Positions 1 to 5,596 of a stretch of DNA of 13,592 nt are shown in pieces. The notes beneath the pieces were generated by a model that was not told the origin of the DNA, made no database searches, and worked only from the letters and a program-made list of their open reading frames with translations. The DNA comes from Armatimonadota bacterium. Lineage in GTDB: Bacteria; Armatimonadota; Armatimonadia; Armatimonadales; Armatimonadaceae. The DNA is taken from the NCBI GenBank assembly GCA_043754515.1, contig JAYUUO010000101.1, positions 1-13,592 on the forward strand. The letters are read 5' to 3'. Positions within the stretch are counted from its first letter, which is position 1, and the number at the start of each line of letters is the position of its first letter. A program made the translations under genes and the position numbers.

Positions 1-961
1 ATCCCCCTTTCGCGGCAACCGCGCACGAGCGGTGACCAGGGAAAAACGCGGCGTTTGTTCCGGCCAGCGCGGGCGCGGGGGCGGCGATCGCTTCGAGCCG
101 TTCCCGAACCGCGCCGATCCGGGAGCGGATGCCGGCTCGGGCGTACAGTAGGGCACAAACGGCGGATTGGCTTGACACCAGTTCGGCCTCTAACTGGCGG
201 AGCGCGGCGGCGAGCGCGGTCGCCTCATCAGCATTAACCGGACCGGATGCCGCCGTGTTGGATGCCGCGACGTCCGCCTTGAACCGCGCCAGGTGGTAGC
301 ACGGAGGCCCGCCTAAAGCGTAGCGGGTCCGACCGGCGGAGCAGTTGCATTTCGCCGCGCCGGTGTACGGCGTGCCGGGCGTGGGCAGGCAGGTGATCGT
401 ATACGGCGTGCCGGAGTGCGGCGAAGCGAAATCAAACACAAAGGGGTTGTCGGCGCGCGGCTTGTACTGCAAGATCATCTCCGCCGCCCGCGCTTTCTCG
501 GTGACGGCGAGGCGGTCCCACGCGCCCCCGTCCCCGGCCAAAAGGTAGCCATACCGCTCGCGTGTTTCGAGCGGTAGCGCGTCCCAGACGGGAGCGGATC
601 GAGCGGCGGCGAGGGCGAGTTCCATCGGCGAGGCGGGGTCGGCGGTAACTGCCGGGGCGGGAAGGGCTGTCATCGTTGTTTCTGATCGGGCAGGCGAAAA
701 AGCCGCTTTCCGAGAAGACGCCGCGTCTCTCTCTGTCGCGGATAATCTGGCGTCGCGCTTGATCGCATACGCCGGATGATCCGGGTTGGCGCAATCGCGG
801 ACAGCCACCACGGGAAGTAGTTTGGGCGTTTCCATCGCGGCCAGGATGCGCAGGGCGGCGGCGGGCCGGGGGGCCGAGAAATGCGGAGCAACAGGCGAAA
901 CAAGTGTTGCCGATTCGCGACGTGATAAAGTGGATGTGTTCGTGTTCGTGTTCATGTTCAT
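1..961 (-). CDS. SWIM zinc-finger domain protein (partial, runs off the left edge, >=320 aa)
   Basis: Hand translation from ATG at 961 (GGAAAG upstream) is open to base 1: MNMNTNTNTSTLSRRESA...MTALPAPAV...NPFVFDFASPHSGTPYTITCLPTPGTPYTGAAK-CNC-SAGRTRYALGGPP-CYH-LARFK...ADEATALAAALRQLEAELV. The CxC-x13-CxH pattern at 349..293 is the SWIM signature and is followed by a coiled coil. Alternative starts at 955 and 673. It is missing from the ORF track because the stop lies outside the window. Confidence 0.8.
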   Translation of the reverse strand, partial: MNMNTNTNTSTLSRRESATLVSPVAPHFSAPRPAAALRILAAMETPKLLPVVAVRDCANPDHPAYAIKRDARLSATERDAASSRKAAFSPARSETTMTALPAPAVTADPASPMELALAAARSAPVWDALPLETRERYGYLLAGDGGAWDRLAVTEKARAAEMILQYKPRADNPFVFDFASPHSGTPYTITCLPTPGTPYTGAAKCNCSAGRTRYALGGPPCYHLARFKADVAASNTAASGPVNADEATALAAALRQLEAELVSSQSAVCALLYARAGIRSRIGAVRERLEAIAAPAPALAGTNAAFFPGHRSCAVAAKGG

Positions 962-965
962 GTTC
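936..965. repeat. Hexanucleotide microsatellite (GTGTTC)3(ATGTTC)2
   Basis: Read directly; it overlaps the start of the SWIM gene and encodes its N-terminal MNMNTNTN. Confidence 0.9.
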
Positions 966-996
966 TTTCCGGGACAAACGCTCCGCGTTTTCCCTA

Positions 997-1027
997 GCCC
1001 CGCGACTGCTTGTAACAGTCGCGGGGC
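997..1027. other. Perfect 12-bp inverted repeat (hairpin); possible terminator or attenuator
   Basis: GCCCCGCGACTG-cttgtaa-CAGTCGCGGGGC, intergenic, flanked by the direct repeats CTCCGCGTTTTC (981-992) and CTCCGCTTTTC (1028-1038). There is no U-tract on the minus (transcribed) strand. Confidence 0.7.
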
Positions 1028-1036
1028 CTCCGCTTT

Positions 1037-1100
1037 TCTCGAAACTCGTTTCGAGAGATCAGGCGGTTACCGTGTCGAAACCCGTTTCGACAGATCCGGC
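1037..1100. repeat. Two tandem 20-bp palindromes with a 36-bp period
   Basis: TCTCGAAAC-TC-GTTTCGAGA (1037-1056) and TGTCGAAAC-CC-GTTTCGACA (1073-1092). Each is followed by GATC-n-GGC. Confidence 0.85.
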
Positions 1101-1298
1101 GAAACGCCGCGCGGCGTCTTCGTCTCGCCGTATCGCGTTGTACTCCCGCTCCGCCGCGAGAAACTGTTGCCGGATCGCCTCTCTCGCTTCGACCGTGAGG
1201 CGCGAGTCGTCGCAGGTTTTCCGCACGCGCTGGCATAGGGAGTGGTACCGTTCGCGGGCGGCTTGTACGGGCGTCTGGCTTACGTCGCTTCGTTTCAT
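1059..1298 (-). CDS. Small helical/coiled-coil hypothetical protein (79 aa), early operon
   Basis: GGGGAG Shine-Dalgarno upstream of the ATG; lies directly downstream of the promoter at 1358-1386; helical composition (EAREAIRQQFLAAEREYNAIRRDE). Confidence 0.7.
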   Translation of the reverse strand: MKRSDVSQTPVQAARERYHSLCQRVRKTCDDSRLTVEAREAIRQQFLAAEREYNAIRRDEDAARRFAGSVETGFDTVTA

Positions 1299-1357
1299 TG
1301 ATCTAGATCTCCCCGCGCCGTCTCGTGTCCGGCGCGGTCTCGTTTGGGTCTGAATAT

Positions 1358-1386
1358 ATGTTACTATATTAGTTGCATTACGTCAA
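1358..1386 (-). promoter_or_regulatory. Leftward sigma70-type promoter with operator O1 (1360-1376) over its spacer
   Basis: Minus strand reads TTGACG-17 nt-TAACAT. O1 = GTTACTA-TAT-TAGTTGC. Confidence 0.75.
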
Positions 1387-1390
1387 GGAA

Positions 1391-1663
1391 CTAAGACACT
1401 ATACTAGTAACATTTTTTCGCCGCGCGTTGAACCGTTCTTTCGATGCGAGTGCCGCCGCTTTCACCACGTTAGTCGGCTTGCCGTAAACCGTTGCTAGCG
1501 TGTCTATGATCCTGAAATCGAGTATCCCCTGTTGCTCCCAGTGGATGACACCAGATCGTTGCGTAGGAGCGACATCCGGGGCCACGTCGCGAAACGCCCT
1601 CAGTACCTGAGTGGGGGTCAAATCAGCCTCCTTCCGAAGGTCTTCTAAATATACCGGTTTCAT
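1391..1663 (-). CDS. Cro-like XRE-family HTH regulator
   Basis: YLEDLRKEADLTPTQV...SGVIHWEQQG...IIDTLATVYG resembles the XRE fold, and the gene is divergent from the repressor. The start is placed at 1663 (MKPVY) because the ATG at 1669 abuts the -10 box. Confidence 0.7.
   Translation of the reverse strand: MKPVYLEDLRKEADLTPTQVLRAFRDVAPDVAPTQRSGVIHWEQQGILDFRIIDTLATVYGKPTNVVKAAALASKERFNARRKNVTSIVS
1395..1411. promoter_or_regulatory. Operator O2, inside the last codons of the cro-like gene
   Basis: GACACTA-TAC-TAGTAAC (minus strand GTTACTA-GTA-TAGTGTC) matches O1, O3 and O4. Confidence 0.6.
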
Positions 1664-1669
1664 AATCAT

Positions 1670-1698
1670 ATGTTACTAATAAAGTTGCTTAACCGCAA
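1670..1698 (-). promoter_or_regulatory. Leftward promoter of the cro-like gene with operator O3 (1672-1688)
   Basis: Minus strand reads TTGCGG-17 nt-TAACAT. O3 = GTTACTA-ATA-AAGTTGC. The ATG at 1663 is the 7th base after the -10 box. Confidence 0.7.
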
Positions 1699-1721
1699 GC
1701 GGAAAGAACTAAAAAAGTGCT

Positions 1722-1750
1722 TTGCGCGTGGTAACTATTTTAGTTACAAT
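1722..1750 (+). promoter_or_regulatory. Rightward repressor promoter with operator O4 (1731-1747)
   Basis: TTGCGC-17 nt-TACAAT. O4 is the perfect palindrome GTAACTA-TTT-TAGTTAC. Confidence 0.75.
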
Positions 1751-1777
1751 GTGTCAAAGCCAGTCAGGAGGGTTGAT

Positions 1778-2209
1778 ATGATGCGACAACACGCGTGGAC
1801 TGGCGGGAGGAATAGGTTCTACATGGTGAACACGTTCGGCGAATGGGTGAAACAGAAACGAATGGCGTCCGGGATGTCCCAGGAGGAGCTCGGGGCGAAG
1901 GTTGATCTGACGAGGCAACAGATAGGGCGGATCGAATCCGGGGAACAGACGACGCGTAACGCGACCGCGGTGAAGTTGAGTGACGCTCTCGGCGCGGATC
2001 CGCACGAAGGGATGGCGTTCCTTGTCGCAACCCAGACAGGCGGCGCGAACATATCAGACGAAATGATAAGGGTGTCCGACCCCGAAGACGTGCATACATT
2101 CGCCATGTACGACGGGCTCGACGCGCCGGACAAGGAAATCGCGCGGACGATGATCGCAGGCCTCGCTAAAGCGGATCGCAAAAAGTCTGTCGGCGGTGGC
2201 GGCGACTAA
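1778..2209 (+). CDS. XRE-family (CI/ImmR-like) HTH repressor
   Basis: FGEWVKQKRMASGMSQEELGAKVDLTRQQIGRIESGEQ...LSDALG is a canonical HTH_3 pattern. AGGAGG at 1766-1771 precedes ATG 1778; a second SD/ATG pair lies at 1805/1823. There is no S24 peptidase domain. Confidence 0.92.
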   Translation: MMRQHAWTGGRNRFYMVNTFGEWVKQKRMASGMSQEELGAKVDLTRQQIGRIESGEQTTRNATAVKLSDALGADPHEGMAFLVATQTGGANISDEMIRVSDPEDVHTFAMYDGLDAPDKEIARTMIAGLAKADRKKSVGGGGD

Positions 2210-2246
2210 TCTTACTCGTCGCACTCGAATCGGGAGAGCGGGACCT

Positions 2247-2780
2247 ATGCCGGAACCAACATACATAAAAACCTGCCCTAAGTGCGGACGCACCGATAAT
2301 CTGGGCGCGAGCGCGTGCGCGAACTGCTCCCACGTCTACCGTACCCGCTTCGATGCCGCTCCGTTTGAGGCATCACCGCCCGCGCCGACGCAGATGTATC
2401 AGTCACCCCCCACGCCGGGACAGACGCGCGTACCCCCGTCCGCGCCCCCTGCGCATTACCACCAGCCGCCTCAACAGGGATACTACCAGCCGCCCCCGGT
2501 GTACTACGCCCCTCGCCCCGTGGACTCCATCCAGGTCGCGCCCGGGAGTCACTCCATAGCGACGGCGGTTATACTCTCACTGGTACTCGTGGGCGCGGGG
2601 CAGATGATAAACAAGCAGGTGGCGAAAGGCGTTACGGTACTACTCTGCGCCGTGTTCGTGGGGTGTTTCACGTTCGGAGGCGGCGCAATCTTGCTTTATA
2701 TACTCGCGGTGATTGACGCGATTCAGATAGCGAACCGCCTGAACCGGGGCGAGATCATCACGCAATGGCAGTTTTTCTAA
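2247..2780 (+). CDS. Zinc-ribbon + Pro/Gln/Tyr-rich linker + TM2-like membrane protein
   Basis: CPKC-x10-CANC; low-complexity PPQQGYYQPPPVYY; hydrophobic segments AVILSLVLVGAGQMINKQVAKG-VTVLLCAVFVG-GGAILLYILAVIDA. Confidence 0.8.
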   Translation: MPEPTYIKTCPKCGRTDNLGASACANCSHVYRTRFDAAPFEASPPAPTQMYQSPPTPGQTRVPPSAPPAHYHQPPQQGYYQPPPVYYAPRPVDSIQVAPGSHSIATAVILSLVLVGAGQMINKQVAKGVTVLLCAVFVGCFTFGGGAILLYILAVIDAIQIANRLNRGEIITQWQFF

Positions 2781-2796
2781 GGCGAATCGCGGCACG

Positions 2797-3243
2797 ATGC
2801 AACACCCAACGCGGTACCACGAAGGTGAACCCTACCCCGACGACGTGATCGAATATATGGCGAGACTGATCGCTGTTCGTCTTCTGCGCGACGTGACTGG
2901 CGACATCCGACGCCCCACCGCCTGGCGGCGTCTCGCGCGGGGTATGGGCATAGCGGTACAGGAGTATCATCTGCCGGGACGGGCAAGGGGCCAGTGTATG
3001 CCCGGACTTCTAGACGAAACCGGTGTCGTGTCCGGCGCGGTCGGCGTCAACACCGCCTACCTCAAGCCGGACCAGGCAGCGGTCTGGGTGCATGAACTCG
3101 CGCACCTGTATCTATTCACGTGGATGCCGCCGTTCCTGCGCCGATCCGCCCCCGGCGAGCGGTGCTACGAGGGCGATTCGGACTCGGACAGCCACGAGAT
3201 AGCGCGGCGAGTGGAACATATTGTTTTAGGGGTAGCCGCATGA
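2797..3243 (+). CDS. ImmA/IrrE-family zinc metallopeptidase (anti-repressor)
   Basis: LARGMGIAV...GQC...VGVN...AAVWV-HELAH-LY with the HExxH motif and a downstream Glu (SHEIA); same transcription unit as an XRE repressor. Confidence 0.8.
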   Translation: MQHPTRYHEGEPYPDDVIEYMARLIAVRLLRDVTGDIRRPTAWRRLARGMGIAVQEYHLPGRARGQCMPGLLDETGVVSGAVGVNTAYLKPDQAAVWVHELAHLYLFTWMPPFLRRSAPGERCYEGDSDSDSHEIARRVEHIVLGVAA

Positions 3244-3398
3244 CTCCTGAAGTCTCCCCTGTAACACCACCGCCGGGCGAGTCACCCGTAAAATCACCTC
3301 GTCGTAAGAATGGGCGGTGGATGAGGCGCGGAAAACGTACCCCGTTCGCAAGGGTATGTCGGGGACGTACACCAGTTATGTCAGTGAGAGGGAGTCAG

Positions 3399-3782
3399 AT
3401 GCGTATATTAGTGCACTTATTTTTGTTGATCGGTCTGTTGGCGGCGAGCCGTGTCGCTGACGCGCAAAGCATCGGCTTCAAGGTAGTTCTCCAAAACGCA
3501 CAAGGGCGCACGAACCGGACACCGCTCAGCTTCGCGCCCGATCTGAAGGTCGCGAAACTTTATTACAGTGCGAACCACTACGACGACACCAGGCTCATGT
3601 CCGGCATGGTACGATCCGGACTCATATTCCCCGTCTCGGTCGGCACTGTCGGCGCGGTGAGCGATGTGAAGACGATCAAGATCGCGGGCAGGAAGTACAA
3701 AATGATCCGGTTCACTCTGAAAGACGGGCCGGGCAAGGGGCGATCGGGTTGGATCTGGTCGGATATCGTAGCGGGATTCTGA
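3399..3782 (+). CDS. Secreted hypothetical protein, possibly with an SH3-like C-terminus
   Basis: GAGGGAG SD; signal peptide MRILVHLFLLIGLLAASRVADA with an A-x-A cleavage site; C-terminal GRSGWIWS. The frame is also open from ATG 3240, which overlaps the peptidase stop. Confidence 0.7.
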   Translation: MRILVHLFLLIGLLAASRVADAQSIGFKVVLQNAQGRTNRTPLSFAPDLKVAKLYYSANHYDDTRLMSGMVRSGLIFPVSVGTVGAVSDVKTIKIAGRKYKMIRFTLKDGPGKGRSGWIWSDIVAGF

Positions 3783-3963
3783 GCAGCAGTGTCATACCGC
3801 CGCTCATAACCGGCCCAATTAGGTGATAGCCCACGCCTATTTCGGCCTGACGCAAGAACTTAATCAAGAGCGACGTTTCCGACGAATGACTTCTGGCAGG
3901 CCACTGTTTCGGTCGAAGGCGACGCAGATACCGCTCACTTTGGTGAAGAAATGGATTGACGAA

Positions 3964-4239
3964 ATGAAAATACCACGATATGAAGTGAGCAACCTGACGG
4001 ATAGCGAACGCGATCTGCTCACGGTGGAAACCGCGACCACGGGGGAGGCGAGTTTCGCCAAGTCCGGGGAGTTCCCTGATCTGCTCGCGCTCGTGCTTTT
4101 GAAGTACGCCCCGTCGCTCCCGGACGCCGAACGCGCCGCTCTGCGAGGGGCACTCGACGAGCTGTACTGCGTCGTCGCGGCGGGGGCCTACACCCACGGG
4201 AGAGAAGAGTGGACGGATCAGCCGGTGACGATCCCATGA
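3964..4239 (+). CDS. Hypothetical protein (start uncertain: 3823, 3886 or 3964)
   Basis: GC-rich coding-like codons from about 3964; ATGA overlap with the next gene. Confidence 0.6.
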   Translation: MKIPRYEVSNLTDSERDLLTVETATTGEASFAKSGEFPDLLALVLLKYAPSLPDAERAALRGALDELYCVVAAGAYTHGREEWTDQPVTIP

Positions 4240-5027
4240 CGCGCCCGAAAACCCTGCCAGCGTTGCTCGCGTGCCTCCTCGGAAAAAGCGCGGCTTTGTT
4301 CCTGCTCGCCCTGGGGCTACTCGTCCCTTCGCTCCCGGCCCGCGCACCGCAGTACGATATGAACGCGCCTATCCTACCGGATCACGCGAAGACGCCCGGC
4401 GACGTGCTCCCGGTGACCATGAAGGACATTTGCGTCCCCGGCTACTCGAAGAAGGTGCGCAACGTCCCGCAGGCGGTCAAGGAGGCGGTGTACAGGGCGT
4501 ACGGGATAACCCGACGGGAGCCTTATGAGTACGAGGTGGATCACCTGGTCTCGCTGGAGCTGGGCGGCTCGAACTCGGCGCGGAACCTCTGGCCCCAGTC
4601 CTACAAGACCACGCCCTGGAACGCCCGCGTGAAGGACCGGCTTGAGAACACCTACCACTATGACGTCTGCAAGCGCGGGGTGGATCTGCGGACGGTCCAG
4701 ACGAAGATCGCGGGGGACTGGATCGCGGCGTACAAGGAGCGGTTCAAGACGGATAAGCCCGTTCCCCCGAAAGCGAGGAGGCCGAAGACCGCGCCCCCCG
4801 GTGGCGGGATCGGTGCCGCGCCCGGCGCGACCGGTGTAGGTCATCGGACGCGCCGAACCACTACCGGCGCGGCGGCGGTCGGCGGCACGAAGGTATGGGT
4901 GAACCTGAACACGGGGGTTTATCACTATCCCGGTCAGCGGTGGTACGGGAACACCGCGAACGGGATGTACATGACCGAAAAAGACGCGCAAGCGCACGGG
5001 TATCGCCCGACGATGAACGGGCAGTAA
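4236..5027 (+). CDS. Secreted/membrane-anchored HNH endonuclease with a C-terminal Ada-metal-binding-like domain
   Basis: N-terminal hydrophobic signal; YEVDHLVSLELGGSNSARNLWPQ...N...K (HNH core); P/G/A linker; VWVNLNTGVYHYPGQRWYGNT..GMYMTEKDAQAHGYRP. Confidence 0.8.
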   Translation: MTRPKTLPALLACLLGKSAALFLLALGLLVPSLPARAPQYDMNAPILPDHAKTPGDVLPVTMKDICVPGYSKKVRNVPQAVKEAVYRAYGITRREPYEYEVDHLVSLELGGSNSARNLWPQSYKTTPWNARVKDRLENTYHYDVCKRGVDLRTVQTKIAGDWIAAYKERFKTDKPVPPKARRPKTAPPGGGIGAAPGATGVGHRTRRTTTGAAAVGGTKVWVNLNTGVYHYPGQRWYGNTANGMYMTEKDAQAHGYRPTMNGQ

Positions 5028-5042
5028 GAAAGGACAGGAAGT

Positions 5043-5285
5043 ATGACCGAAACGCAAGTCAAAGAAGCAGCACACAAAATAGCGTTGCTCGTTAGTGCCT
5101 ATGTAAAAGCGGAAGCCGCCGAGATCGCGCATGTCACCGCGTGGAAAGCGATCAACGAAAGCGAACGCGGTACGAAAGGGACTTCGGTCGCGCGCGCGAG
5201 CCGAACTGAGACTCCAGGGGCAAAGGAACTCAACGCGCTTGAGCAAGCCATTGCTGTGATAATTGCGGACGCGGCTGGTACATGA
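5043..5285 (+). CDS. Small helical hypothetical protein (80 aa)
   Basis: AGGACAGGA SD-like sequence upstream; starts 15 nt after the HNH gene; Ala/Glu/Lys-rich. Confidence 0.65.
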   Translation: MTETQVKEAAHKIALLVSAYVKAEAAEIAHVTAWKAINESERGTKGTSVARASRTETPGAKELNALEQAIAVIIADAAGT

Positions 5286-5378
5286 CAAACTCCACAGAGG
5301 GAATGATCACCGTATCCGAGGCGCGCAAAGAGGGAGACCGACCGGCGGATAACGGGCAGTAGGGTGGGGTAGCGATAA

Positions 5379-5570
5379 GGGCAGGAAGTCGCGCCCCGGA
5401 AACTGCTCAAACACGGTCGCCCGGAAGAGAGTTGGTTCCGGCGCGGGGTAGACTATCTGCACCGGCTGCTCGCGCCGCTCGCCGGACGAGCCGACGACAG
5501 GGCGTTCGACCAAGCATTAGCTTTACTACTGCCCCGAACAACGGCAAACGACTTTTTGTAACCTACAGTG
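5379..5570 (+). pseudogene. C-terminal remnant and probable right end of an IS4-family transposase
   Basis: Frame 5379-5561 reads GQEVAPRKLLKHGRPEESWFRRGVDYLHRLL...*, resembling the IS4-family C-terminal motif P.K.KKHGR...S.FR.G.D.L. It is preceded by in-frame stops and has no start or DDE domain. Confidence 0.55.
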
Positions 5571-5596
5571 AATTTTTTCATGGGTATCCGCTAATT

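Noticed and set aside
432..977. ORF beginning MSRKEHEHEHEHEH (apparent His-rich protein) and ORF 670..903
   Set aside because: Alternative frames over the SWIM gene; the HE repeat is the microsatellite read out of frame.
1037..1100. Mini CRISPR array
   Set aside because: Only two units, the intervening sequence is too short for a spacer, and there are no cas genes.
1670..1777. N-terminal extension of the repressor in the ORF track
   Set aside because: It runs through the promoter/operator region; SD-supported starts are at 1778 and 1823.
5432..5596. 55-aa N-terminal extension of the methyltransferase
   Set aside because: It overlaps the IS-like remnant; the family-like sequence begins at MNAVEI.
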